Assembly (NCBI GenBank): GCA_963752285.1 | Contig: CAVVXN010000004.1 | Location: 1-64,000, forward strand | DNA: 64,000 nucleotides | From: an uncultured Planctomycetota bacterium | GTDB taxonomy: Bacteria > Planctomycetota > PLA2 > JAEUHO01 | Reading direction: 5' to 3' | Shown here: positions 20,358 through 29,800 of the stretch, in pieces | Layout of the letters: every line of letters starts with the position of its first letter | Numbering within the stretch: position 1 is the first letter of the stretch | Translations under genes and position numbers: made by a program | The notes under the pieces: model-generated | Database searches by the model: none | The model's input: the letters and a program-made list of their open reading frames with translations, nothing else | What the model was told of the DNA's origin: nothing

Positions 20358-21308
20358 CTAGGGCCTGAAGCCGCCGGGGTGTGTCAGCGCGCTCAGGACG
20401 ACCGCGGCCATCACCACCAGCGCGTACGCGTTGATCCGGAGGAACAGGCGGACGGCGGTCTTGCGGTCGTCGGGCCGCCGGAGGATGGCGAGGGCGTGCA
20501 GCGCGAGGGACACGGACGCGACGAGGATCAGGAGATTCCACGGCACCCCGAAGCCCCGCCCCGCGGCGAGGGCGAGCCCCGTCATGACGGTGGCCGCGAC
20601 CCACGCGTACGTCATGCGGCCGAGCTGGGGCGGCGAGACGCGCGCCGTCAGCGTCGGCATGCCGGCGGTCCCGTACTCGCGACCGAAGAGAACGAGGAGC
20701 AGCCAGAAGTGGGGGATCTGCCAGATGAAGAAGAAGGCGGCGACCTCGAGGATGCGTCCGTCCGTGAGGATGCCGCCGGCCGAGCACCACCCGATCACGG
20801 GGGGGATCGCGCCCACCAGCGAGCCGGGCACCACCGCGAAGGGCGTCCGGCGCTTCAGGACGTAGTAGACGCCGTTGTACCAGACGAGCGACGCCAGCCC
20901 GAGCAGCACGACCGTGCCGGCGAAGCGGTCCACCGACCCGAGCAGGTAGAGTCCCGTGCACGTGAGCACGAGCGCGATGAAGAGCGCCGTGTCGCGGCGG
21001 ATCCGTCCCGAGGGGATGGGACGGTTCCGCGTGCGGGCCATCTGCCCGTCGAGCCGCACCTCTTGCACCTGGTTCAAGACCGCCGAGCCGCACGCGAGAA
21101 CGAACACCCCGAGCACGGGGAGGAGGAGGTCCACGCCCAGTCGGTGCTTGAAGGCGATCCAGCCCGTCGCCACGGAGAGCGTGACGAAGAGGGTGATGCG
21201 GACCTTCGCGAGCTCGAAGAGCAGCGCGAGGTACCGCACGGCGGCCGGCCGCGCACGAGGGCTCTTCGGCTCGGCGACCGGCAGCGGGGAGACCGCGGCG
21301 GACGGCAT
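20358..21308 (-). CDS. ctaB: Protoheme IX farnesyltransferase (heme O synthase)
   Basis: D..MARTRNRPIPSGR, GAIPPVIGW and WQIPHF motifs; last gene of the oxidase operon. Confidence 0.93.
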   Translation of the reverse strand: MPSAAVSPLPVAEPKSPRARPAAVRYLALLFELAKVRITLFVTLSVATGWIAFKHRLGVDLLLPVLGVFVLACGSAVLNQVQEVRLDGQMARTRNRPIPSGRIRRDTALFIALVLTCTGLYLLGSVDRFAGTVVLLGLASLVWYNGVYYVLKRRTPFAVVPGSLVGAIPPVIGWCSAGGILTDGRILEVAAFFFIWQIPHFWLLLVLFGREYGTAGMPTLTARVSPPQLGRMTYAWVAATVMTGLALAAGRGFGVPWNLLILVASVSLALHALAILRRPDDRKTAVRLFLRINAYALVVMAAVVLSALTHPGGFRP

Positions 21309-21312
21309 ACGG

Positions 21313-22374
21313 CTAGTCGTGCTCCCCCGACGAGAGCTTGTCGATGGCGGCCTCGACGGGGAAGTCCAGGCTGACGGAGCGCTGTTCGTCGAGCTTGTAC
21401 GTCTCGACGAGCTTCTTCCACTCGTCCTCGGTGCTCTTGGGCTGGTCGGGGCCCTGGTAGAACTTCCGCACGAACCAGGCGAGCGCGAGCTTCTCGCGCG
21501 TCGTCAGGTTGGGGAACGGTCGCATCTGCGTCCCGGGCGAGCCCTCGCTGAGGGTGCGGAAGATGTCCACCGCCTTCGGGGAGCGCGTCCATCCCTCGAT
21601 CTTGTGGAAGTTCCGCGCCTTCTCGACGAGACCGCCCTCCCCGTTCGGGCCGTGACAGGAGATGCAGTACGTGTTGAACAGCGCGTGGGCGTCCACCTCC
21701 TTGACGCTCGGCGTCTCGGGGTTCATCGCGTCTTCCATCGTGATGGGGCGGTAGCGGAGCTCGACCTGGTTCTTCAGCCACTTCTGGTAGTCCGCCTCGG
21801 AGACCACGTGGAGCTTCGTGATCATGCGCGAGTGGTCCTTGCCACAGTACTCGGCGCAGAAGATGTCGTACGTGTCGATGCGGTCGGGCTTGAACCACAG
21901 GAAGGTGTCGTAGCCGGGAACCGCGTCCTCCTTCACCCGGAACGCGGGGAGGTAGAGGCTGTGGATCACGTCGTCCGACCGGAGATTCAGCTTCACGGCC
22001 CGGTTGACGGGCACCCAGAGCTCTCCGGAGGCGACGTCTACTTCGGGGTACGTGAAGGTCCAGAGCCACTGGTGCCCGCGGACGTTGATCTCCATCGCGT
22101 CGGGCGGCGGGTTCCGCAGCAGCTCGAATCCCTCGTACCCGCGCCAGAACATGTACAGCACGATGAACGTGGGGATGACGATCCAGGACACCTCGAGGAG
22201 CGTGTTCTTCTCGACCTGTTCGGCCTTCGGGTGGCGCTTCCGGCTGTACCGGATCGTGAAGTAGATCATGAGGCCGGTGATGCCGACGAGGAAGACGGCC
22301 GTGATCGCGCCCATCATGTAGAACACGGCGTCGGTGTTGGCTACGGTCTCGGGCGTGGCGAGCAGGGGGGGCAT
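21313..22374 (-). CDS. coxB: Cytochrome c oxidase subunit II with fused cytochrome c (caa3 type)
   Basis: LEVSWIVIP, DVIHS, the CuA site CAEYCGKDHSRM and a C-terminal CISCH. The start could be 22386. Confidence 0.95.
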   Translation of the reverse strand: MPPLLATPETVANTDAVFYMMGAITAVFLVGITGLMIYFTIRYSRKRHPKAEQVEKNTLLEVSWIVIPTFIVLYMFWRGYEGFELLRNPPPDAMEINVRGHQWLWTFTYPEVDVASGELWVPVNRAVKLNLRSDDVIHSLYLPAFRVKEDAVPGYDTFLWFKPDRIDTYDIFCAEYCGKDHSRMITKLHVVSEADYQKWLKNQVELRYRPITMEDAMNPETPSVKEVDAHALFNTYCISCHGPNGEGGLVEKARNFHKIEGWTRSPKAVDIFRTLSEGSPGTQMRPFPNLTTREKLALAWFVRKFYQGPDQPKSTEDEWKKLVETYKLDEQRSVSLDFPVEAAIDKLSSGEHD

Positions 22375-22391
22375 GACGGCTTCCATCGGGA

Positions 22392-22739
22392 TCACCGGTA
22401 CGAGTAGTCGGCGAAGGTGAGGATGATGAAGATGGCGTAGGCGCCCAGCGCGGACAGGAACATCCACGCGAAGACGCGCTTCTCGAAGCGGAGGTGCATG
22501 AAGTAGAGGAGCACGAGACTCGACTTGACGACCGCGATCAGGATGGCCACGAGCGTGGCGAGGTGCCGGAGGTTGGCGTACGAGGCGAGGACCGTCAGCG
22601 TGGTCAGCCCGATCAGGGACGCCCAGATGCGGACGTACGTCGCGTAGCCGACGTGGTCGGGGTTGTCGGCGTGCGCGACGGCCTCCTCTGCCGGTGCGGC
22701 GCCCTCGGCGGGCAGGTCGTCGGGAGACGTGGTCGTCAT
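22392..22739 (-). CDS. coxD: Cytochrome c oxidase subunit IV
   Basis: KSSLVLLYFMHLRFE motif, three TM helices. Confidence 0.9.
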   Translation of the reverse strand: MTTTSPDDLPAEGAAPAEEAVAHADNPDHVGYATYVRIWASLIGLTTLTVLASYANLRHLATLVAILIAVVKSSLVLLYFMHLRFEKRVFAWMFLSALGAYAIFIILTFADYSYR

Positions 22740-22743
22740 GACG

Positions 22744-23409
22744 CTACCTCTTGATCAGGTAGAAGAGGGGGAAGAGGAAGATCCAGACCATGTCCACCAG
22801 GTGCCAGTAGAGGCCGACGTTCTCGAGCAGGGCGGACCGCGCCGCGTTCACCGTGCCGGCCTTGACCTTGGCCCGCGCCCACAGGATCACGACCATGCCG
22901 ACGATCACGTGGAGCGCGTGAAGGCCGGTCATCGTGAAGTACAGGTTGAAGTAGGCGCCCTCGCCGGCCGTCATGTCCATCACGTGCGGGGACGCGGGCC
23001 AGATGCCGTGCTGGAACTTCGTGCCCCACTCGAAGGCCTTGATGAGCAGGAAGACCACGGCGAAGAGGAGGGTCACGTTCAGCATGCGGAGCGAGAACCG
23101 CTTGTCCGACCGGACCAGGGCGGCGATCGAGAGGGCCATCGTCAACGAGCTCGTGAGGAGAACGGCCGTGTTCGTGGCGCCGAGGGGCACACTCAGCTCC
23201 TCGGCGGCCTGGCCGAACTGCCAGCTCCAGCGTCCGAGCATCACCCCGTAGATGATGAACAGCGCGCCGAAGAGGAGGATTTCGGTGAAGAGGAACAGCC
23301 ACATCCCGAGCTTCGCGCTCGTGGCGTCGTAGGGCACCGCCTCCTCGGCGCGCGCGCGCGCCGGGACGTGCTCGGAGCCGGATACGGCGATCGCCTCACC
23401 GTGCGACAT
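22744..23409 (-). CDS. coxC: Cytochrome c oxidase subunit III
   Basis: LGMWLFLFTE, TGLHALHV and GLYWHLVD motifs. Confidence 0.95.
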   Translation of the reverse strand: MSHGEAIAVSGSEHVPARARAEEAVPYDATSAKLGMWLFLFTEILLFGALFIIYGVMLGRWSWQFGQAAEELSVPLGATNTAVLLTSSLTMALSIAALVRSDKRFSLRMLNVTLLFAVVFLLIKAFEWGTKFQHGIWPASPHVMDMTAGEGAYFNLYFTMTGLHALHVIVGMVVILWARAKVKAGTVNAARSALLENVGLYWHLVDMVWIFLFPLFYLIKR

Positions 23410-25042
23410 CGGACCTCACAACCTCGTCCTCGGGGACGATGCCCGCGTAGTCGTACGGGCCGTGCAGGATCTCGGGGGGCTCGGGGAACTGGTGCGTCGG
23501 CGGGGGAGAGGCGATCGACCACTCGAGCGTCGCGCCACCCCACGGGTTGGCCGTCGCGCGCCGTCCCTTCTTCAGGGACACCAAGAGGTTCACGAGCATG
23601 ATCAGGATGCCCGTGACCATGATCCACGAGCCGACCGTGGAGACGGCGTGGTAGGGCTGGTACTTCGGTAGGTAGTCCTGGTACCGGCGCGGCATCCCCG
23701 CGAGGCCGGCGAGGAAGAGCGGGAAGTACAGGATGTTGAAGCCGACGAACCAGAATCCGAACCCGATCCACGACGGTTTCTTGAAGTACTGGCGCCCGAA
23801 CATCTTCGCGAACCAGTAGTGGATCCCGCCGAAGAACATGGCTCCGGTCCCGCCGAACATCGTGTAGTGGAAGTGCGCGACGATGAACGCCGTGTCGTGG
23901 ATGTGGATGTCGGCGTTGAGGGCCCCCTGGATCAGGCCGGTGAAGCCACCGATCGTGAAGAGGAAGATGAACGCCAGCGAGAAGAGCATCGGCGTGTCGA
24001 GGCGGATCGACCCCTTGTACATGGTCGCCAGCCAGTTGAAGACCTTGATCGCCGATGGGATGGACACCAGGAAGGTCAGGAACGAGAAGATCACCCGCCC
24101 CTCGTCGGCCATGCCCGACGTGAACATGTGGTGGCCCCACACCAGCGAGCCGATGGCCGCGATGAGCATGGAGGAGAGCGCGATGAACTTGTAGCCGAAG
24201 ATCTTCTTCCGGCTGAACACCGGGATGATCTCGGACACGATCCCCATGGCGGGCAGCACCATCACGTACACGGCCGGGTGCGAGTAGATCCAGAAGAGGT
24301 GCTGGAACAGAACGGGGTCGCCGCCCAGGCCCGCGTCGAAGATCGGGATGTGGAGGAAACGCTCGAGGAGCACGAGCACGAGCGTGATGCCCACCACGGG
24401 CGTCGCGATCACGAGGATCCAGGAGGTCGCGTACATGCCCCAGACGAACAGCGGCAGCTTTCCCCACGTCATCCCCGGCGCGCGCATCCGGTGGATGGTC
24501 GCGATGAAGTTGATGCCGGTCAGGATCGAAGACCAGCCCAGGATGAACGCCGCGAGGATCGGGAAGAGGACGTTGGCGTTGGTGGTCGCGCTGTACGGGA
24601 CGTAGAACGTCCACCCGGTGTCCGGCCCCCCGAACGCGATCGAGATCAGGGCGAAGAGGCCGCCCGTCATGTAGAGGTACCAGGAGGCCAGGTTCAGCCG
24701 CGGGAACTGGACGTCGTTCGCGCCGATGTGGATGGGGATCAGGAAGTTCCCGAAGATGGCCGGGATGCTCGGGATGATGAACAGGAAGATCATCGTGATC
24801 CCGTGCAGCGTCAGCACCCGGTTGTAGGTCGGGCCGTCGAGGAACTGGGTGCCCGGCCGGAGCAGCTCCAGCCGGATCATCACCCCCAGGCTCACGGCGA
24901 AGAGGAAGAAGGTCGAGATCGCGATCAGGTACATGACCGCGATCCGCTTGTGGTCGATGGTGGTCAACCACGACCAGATGCCCTTCTCCGCGTGGAGATA
25001 GTCTTTGGGCGGTTTGTCGGAGACGGCGTCGCTCGCGGTCAT
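23396..25042 (-). CDS. coxA: Cytochrome c oxidase subunit I, A2-type
   Basis: DHKRI, YSHPAVY (A2 YS motif), WGHHMF and VAHFHY motifs. Confidence 0.97.
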   Translation of the reverse strand: MTASDAVSDKPPKDYLHAEKGIWSWLTTIDHKRIAVMYLIAISTFFLFAVSLGVMIRLELLRPGTQFLDGPTYNRVLTLHGITMIFLFIIPSIPAIFGNFLIPIHIGANDVQFPRLNLASWYLYMTGGLFALISIAFGGPDTGWTFYVPYSATTNANVLFPILAAFILGWSSILTGINFIATIHRMRAPGMTWGKLPLFVWGMYATSWILVIATPVVGITLVLVLLERFLHIPIFDAGLGGDPVLFQHLFWIYSHPAVYVMVLPAMGIVSEIIPVFSRKKIFGYKFIALSSMLIAAIGSLVWGHHMFTSGMADEGRVIFSFLTFLVSIPSAIKVFNWLATMYKGSIRLDTPMLFSLAFIFLFTIGGFTGLIQGALNADIHIHDTAFIVAHFHYTMFGGTGAMFFGGIHYWFAKMFGRQYFKKPSWIGFGFWFVGFNILYFPLFLAGLAGMPRRYQDYLPKYQPYHAVSTVGSWIMVTGILIMLVNLLVSLKKGRRATANPWGGATLEWSIASPPPTHQFPEPPEILHGPYDYAGIVPEDEVVRSDVAR

Positions 25043-25926
25043 TGGTCGGAGCCTTGCGCAGGAGTGGGGATGGGACCTTCGAGCTGCGCGCCGTGCGCGT
25101 CGCGCCGGCGCTTGATCAGCAGGTACACGAGGAAGAGGATCACCAGGACGATGCTCACGCCCAGGATGATCCGGTTCACCATGAGCACGTACGTCTTGCC
25201 CTTCGGGTCGTAGGCGTAGCAGAGCTGCTGGATCCGCTGCATCAGGGTGCGCGGGCGGCCCTTCGCCGCGTCGAGGACGGCCATCTGGACGTCCATCGGG
25301 AGCAGCTTCAGGCCGCCGAGGTAGCGGACGATCTCGCCGCCCTTCGTGAGGAAGATCACCGTGCCCGCGTGGACGAAGTCTTCCTTGTCCTTGCGGAACC
25401 GGAACCCGACGGCGTTCGCAAGGCGCATGATCTGCGGCGCCGTTCCGGTCAGGAAGTGCCAGCTCTCGGGTGGAACCTTCGTCTTCATCTCGCCGAGCAG
25501 GTTGCTCTTGGCGCGCCGCGCGAGCTCCGGGCCCTCGCGGTCGTCGAAGCTCACGGTGACGAGGTCGTAGTCGATGCCCGGGACGAGGTCCTTGACCTCG
25601 TCCACGGTGCGGGCGAGCTCGTGCAGGAGCGGGCTGCAGATTCCGGGGCAGCGGAAGTAGACCAGGGTCAGGATCGTCGGGCGGTGGAGGAGGGAACCGA
25701 GGCGGACGTCGTGGCCGTCTTCGTCGAGGAAGGTCACGTCCATGGGGATCGTGGCGCCGAGGTGCTCGTCGATGCCGACCTTCGTGTCCTGCCCGTAGGC
25801 GGGGCCGCTGTCGGGCGCGGCGCCGGCCGGCGGTGCCACGGCCCACGCGATGGCCAGCAGCGAGAGCGAGAGGAGCAGGGTACGACCGAGGGCGAACGAC
25901 CTGGGTCGAGGACGCGGCGCGGACAT
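25039..25926 (-). CDS. SCO1/SenC copper chaperone
   Basis: YFRCPGICS (CxxxC) and FVHAG; N-terminal signal and C-terminal TM. Confidence 0.92.
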   Translation of the reverse strand: MSAPRPRPRSFALGRTLLLSLSLLAIAWAVAPPAGAAPDSGPAYGQDTKVGIDEHLGATIPMDVTFLDEDGHDVRLGSLLHRPTILTLVYFRCPGICSPLLHELARTVDEVKDLVPGIDYDLVTVSFDDREGPELARRAKSNLLGEMKTKVPPESWHFLTGTAPQIMRLANAVGFRFRKDKEDFVHAGTVIFLTKGGEIVRYLGGLKLLPMDVQMAVLDAAKGRPRTLMQRIQQLCYAYDPKGKTYVLMVNRIILGVSIVLVILFLVYLLIKRRRDAHGAQLEGPIPTPAQGSDQ

Positions 25927-25958
25927 GAGGCACTCCATTCGAGGTTCGGGAGTTCGGG

Positions 25959-27176
25959 TCAGAGGTGGAACCGACGTGATTTCTCGAGCTTGGGGTCGCC
26001 CACCGCCACGACGCGGTGGCGCCGCAGGAACCCGGCCCAGGCCAGCCCCAGCACTCCCACGAGGAGGAGGGACGGGCCCCAGACCGCGGGCCCGATCGGC
26101 TGCGTGTCCACGTGGTGGGTGGGGAAGATGATCCAGTAGAGGTCCACGAGCTGGCCGAGGATCACGAGGACGCTCGCCACGGCGAGCGGCTTCGGCTCCG
26201 CCTTCGCGGACCGGGGGAGGAGGAGGAAAAAGGGGATGACGAAGCGTAGGAAGGCGAGCAGGACCGTGACGCCCGCCCACCCGTTCCGGGTCCGAACGAC
26301 GAGATAGAACGTCTCGTCGGGCAGGTTCCCGTACCAGATCAGCATGTACTGGCTGAAGGCGATGTAGGCCCAGAAGCACGTGAAGGCGAAGAGCAGCCCG
26401 CCGAGGTTGTACAGGTGGTCGGTGCGGACGAGGTCCTTCCCGAGCCACCCCCGGGCCCGCATCCAGAGCACGGCCAGGGTGATCGCCGCCAGGCCGGTCA
26501 GGGTCATGCCCGAGAACACGTACGTGCCGAAGATCGTGCTGTACCACCTCGGGGCCAGGCTCATCAGCCAGTCGAACGACGCGAACGTCACCGTGAACGC
26601 GAAGATCACGAGGAACGGTCCGGAGTACTTCCGCATCCGGCCGGCCGCCCTCTCGACGCCCTCGCCCGTGTCCTGCCGGAGCGAGCCGCGGACGAAGAGC
26701 AGCGTGAACCCGATCCAGATCACGAAGAACACGACGTTTCGGACCACGAAGAAGGTCGTGTCGAGGTAGGGGGCCTTCGGCGCGATGTCCTGGCTCGCGT
26801 GGGCGGCGGTCCACGGGAAGAGCGTCTCGCCCTGCGGCAAGAAGGCGAGGCCGAGCAGCGGCACGAAGAGGAGCGCGATCAGCCACATCGGCGCGGCGAG
26901 CATCTCGGCTGCGCGGCGGAGCACCACCGACCAGACGGACGAGGTGACGTGCTGGAGCGCCACGAAGAAGAGGCTCCCGAGCACCACCGACCAGCAGAAG
27001 GTGAAGGCCAGCAGGTACCCCGTCGCGATGCCGCTCCACCCGGAGACGAACCACGCGACGGTCGTCGCGACGGCGCCGAGGACCACCAGGAGGAAGGAGA
27101 CGCGGTAGAGCGACGCGCCCCGGCTCGGCTCGGCCGCGACGATCGGCTCGAGGGCCTCGGTCGCCGGCGCGCTCAC
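25959..27176 (-). CDS. actF: Alternative complex III subunit ActF
   Basis: Polytopic; FDWLMSL.P.WYSTIFG and SQYMLIWYGNLPDET motifs; operon position. Confidence 0.92.
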   Translation of the reverse strand: MSAPATEALEPIVAAEPSRGASLYRVSFLLVVLGAVATTVAWFVSGWSGIATGYLLAFTFCWSVVLGSLFFVALQHVTSSVWSVVLRRAAEMLAAPMWLIALLFVPLLGLAFLPQGETLFPWTAAHASQDIAPKAPYLDTTFFVVRNVVFFVIWIGFTLLFVRGSLRQDTGEGVERAAGRMRKYSGPFLVIFAFTVTFASFDWLMSLAPRWYSTIFGTYVFSGMTLTGLAAITLAVLWMRARGWLGKDLVRTDHLYNLGGLLFAFTCFWAYIAFSQYMLIWYGNLPDETFYLVVRTRNGWAGVTVLLAFLRFVIPFFLLLPRSAKAEPKPLAVASVLVILGQLVDLYWIIFPTHHVDTQPIGPAVWGPSLLLVGVLGLAWAGFLRRHRVVAVGDPKLEKSRRFHL

Positions 27177-27808
27177 TTGTCCTCCTCCGCCATCTGCTTG
27201 GCGAGCTGGAGCGCGCGGACGTACAGGACCACGGCCCACCGCTCGCGGGGCTCGAGCTTGTCCGCGTAGCTCGGCATCTTGTTCTGGCCCTTCGTGATGA
27301 CGTGGAAGATGCGCCCGTCCGGGAACTCGCGGGCCTGCTTCGTGTGCAGGGAGGGCGGCGCCGGGAACACGCCCGCGAGCAGGCCGTTGCCTTCCGCGTG
27401 CGGGCCGTGGCAGACGATGCACAGGTTCTCGAACCAGTGCTTGCCCAGCTCGATGTTCTCGCGCGTGCTCGGCAGCGGGTTCTTCAGGATCTTCCCGGCG
27501 AGCTCGCGGGCCGCGTCGTCGTTGCCCTCGATGGGGTACGGGTCGTAGCCGTCCATTGGCATGGTCCCTGCGACGGGCGGGCGTGCGGCGATGAGGTGCT
27601 GGCCGCTGAACCAGCCGTAGTAGCCCTGGGACTTGCCCTTCGGCTGCACGGCCATGTCGTTCAGGAGGTCGGTGTAGGGGATCGCGAGGATGGCGAGGGG
27701 GATCACGATCGCCGCGACCACGAGGCCGACGAGCGTGGCCTGGAACCGGCCGGGCCGCCAGATGGGCGACCACGAGCGGAGCTTGTCCTGGAGCTTCTTC
27801 CCGATCAT
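27173..27808 (-). CDS. actE: ACIII monoheme cytochrome c ActE
   Basis: DMAVQPK, CIVCHG, DGRIFHVIT.G..KMPSY and ERWAVVLYVRALQ motifs. Confidence 0.9.
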   Translation of the reverse strand: MIGKKLQDKLRSWSPIWRPGRFQATLVGLVVAAIVIPLAILAIPYTDLLNDMAVQPKGKSQGYYGWFSGQHLIAARPPVAGTMPMDGYDPYPIEGNDDAARELAGKILKNPLPSTRENIELGKHWFENLCIVCHGPHAEGNGLLAGVFPAPPSLHTKQAREFPDGRIFHVITKGQNKMPSYADKLEPRERWAVVLYVRALQLAKQMAEEDK

Positions 27809-28434
27809 AGGAACGAATCGTCCTCTTCCAGCGTCTCTACGAGCGGCAGGATCTCCTGGCACCCGGCCCGGGAGAGGACGTCGTGCGCGTCCGCCTCCTC
27901 GAAGATCGGGTCGGTGGCGGAGAGCACGACGGCGAACCGGGTGCTCATCACCTCGCCGAGGAAGCCCGTGTCACGGAGCGGCGAGTGCCACCGGCCCAGC
28001 CGACACAGGAGGATCATCGCGCCGAAGGTCGAGACCGCGGCCAGCAGCACGAAGAGCTCGAACGTGATCGGCACGAAGGCCGGCCACGAGAAGAGCGGTT
28101 TCCCGCCGATGACGATGGGAAAGTCGACCGCGCTCATCCACCACTGCATGAGCATCGCGAGGCCGCCGCCCACGAAACCGGCGCCGAGGCAGATGTACGG
28201 GACCGGCGAGGTCTTGAGCCCCATCGCGCGTTCGAGGCCGTGGACGGGGTACGGCGTGTGACAGTCCCACCGCGTCCAGCCGGCGTCGCGCACGCGGGCC
28301 GCGGCCCGAACGAGGGCGTCGGGGTCGTCGAAGAGGCCGGCGACGCCGACCACCTTCGTATCGGGCCTCTCGGGGGCGACCGCCGTGGCCGAACCCCCGT
28401 CGAGTCCGGGATCGGTGCGTTCCGACTCAGCCAT
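27805..28434 (-). CDS. actD: ACIII subunit ActD (DUF3341)
   Basis: TPYPVHGL and [18 protein letters not shown] motifs. Confidence 0.93.
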   Translation of the reverse strand: MAESERTDPGLDGGSATAVAPERPDTKVVGVAGLFDDPDALVRAAARVRDAGWTRWDCHTPYPVHGLERAMGLKTSPVPYICLGAGFVGGGLAMLMQWWMSAVDFPIVIGGKPLFSWPAFVPITFELFVLLAAVSTFGAMILLCRLGRWHSPLRDTGFLGEVMSTRFAVVLSATDPIFEEADAHDVLSRAGCQEILPLVETLEEDDSFL

Positions 28435-29800
28435 GGGCGGCTCCCGAGGGCTGGCTTCCCGGCAGCACGGCCTTCGCCTCGGAGATCGAGACCGAGGGGA
28501 GGAACCGGCAGAAGAGGAGCATCAACGTCAGGAATAGGCCGAAGCTCCCGAGCAGGAGCGAGGCGTCGATCCACGTCGGCTTGAAGTAGTCCCACGCCGA
28601 CGGGAGGAAGTCGCGGTGGAGGCTCGACGCGATGATCAGGAACCGCTCGAACCACATGCCCACGTTGACGAGGATCACGACCGGGTAGAGCAGGGCCACC
28701 GTCCGCCGGATCTTCTTGAACCAGAGGAGCTGCGGGGCGGCGACGTTGCAGCCGACCGTGATCCAGTACGCCCACGCGTAGGGGCCGAACGCGCGGTTCA
28801 TCATCATGAACCGCTCGAAGAGGACGCCGCTGTACCAGGCCATGAAGGCCTCGATCACGTACGCGTAGCCCACCATGAGCGACGTCGCGATGATGATGCG
28901 GTTCATCACATCGAGGTGGTCGCGCGTGACGATGTGCTCGAGACGGAAGAACTTCCGCATGATCACGATCAGCGTCGCCACCATGGCGAACCCGCTGAAG
29001 ATGGCGCCCGCCACGAAGTAGGGGGGGAAGATCGTGCTGTGCCACCCGGGCAGGACGGCGACCGCGAAGTCGAACGACACGACGCTGTGCACGCTGAGCA
29101 CGAGCGGCGTCGCGAGGCCTGCGAAGAGGAGATACGCCTTCTCGTAGTGGTTCCAGGCGCGCGTGCTCCCGTTCCAGCCGAGGCTGAGGAGCCCGTACAC
29201 GAGCTTCCGCACCTTGTGCGTCGCGCGCTCGCGTGCCAGCGCGAGGTCCGGAAGCAGGCCCGTGTACCAGAAGAGGAGCGACACCAGACCGTACGTGGAG
29301 ACGGCGAAGACGTCCCACACGAGCGGCGAACGGAAGTTGATCCAGATGTGGTTCGAGTTCGGGAGCGGCAGCAGCCAGTAGCACGCCAGCCACGGCCGTC
29401 CCGTGTGGAACAGGGGGAACTGCAGCGCCACGATCACCGCGAACAGCGTCATCGCCTCGGCGAAGCGCGAGATCGCCGTGCGCCATCTCTGGCGGAGCAG
29501 GTACAGGATGGCGCTGATGAGGGTGCCGGCGTGTCCGATCCCGATCCAGAACACGAAGTTCGTGATCGCCCAGCCCCATCCGATCGTCTGGTTGTTGCCC
29601 CACGTGCCGATGCCGGTGGAGACCGTGATGAACACGCCGATCCCGCCGATGAGGAGCATCGCTCCCGTCACGGAGATCGCCGCCCACCACCGGCCGGTGG
29701 GGAACCCCTCGATCGGCCCTAGGACGTCGTCGTCGAGGCCGCGGGGCGTGATGTCGCCGCGGATCGGCAGGTCGTTGCCGTAGGGGTCCTTCTCGCTCAC
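28427..29800 (-). CDS. actC: ACIII quinol-oxidising NrfD-family subunit ActC
   Basis: [39 protein letters not shown] and [18 protein letters not shown] motifs; GTG start overlapping the actB stop. Confidence 0.96.
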   Translation of the reverse strand: MSEKDPYGNDLPIRGDITPRGLDDDVLGPIEGFPTGRWWAAISVTGAMLLIGGIGVFITVSTGIGTWGNNQTIGWGWAITNFVFWIGIGHAGTLISAILYLLRQRWRTAISRFAEAMTLFAVIVALQFPLFHTGRPWLACYWLLPLPNSNHIWINFRSPLVWDVFAVSTYGLVSLLFWYTGLLPDLALARERATHKVRKLVYGLLSLGWNGSTRAWNHYEKAYLLFAGLATPLVLSVHSVVSFDFAVAVLPGWHSTIFPPYFVAGAIFSGFAMVATLIVIMRKFFRLEHIVTRDHLDVMNRIIIATSLMVGYAYVIEAFMAWYSGVLFERFMMMNRAFGPYAWAYWITVGCNVAAPQLLWFKKIRRTVALLYPVVILVNVGMWFERFLIIASSLHRDFLPSAWDYFKPTWIDASLLLGSFGLFLTLMLLFCRFLPSVSISEAKAVLPGSQPSGAAHG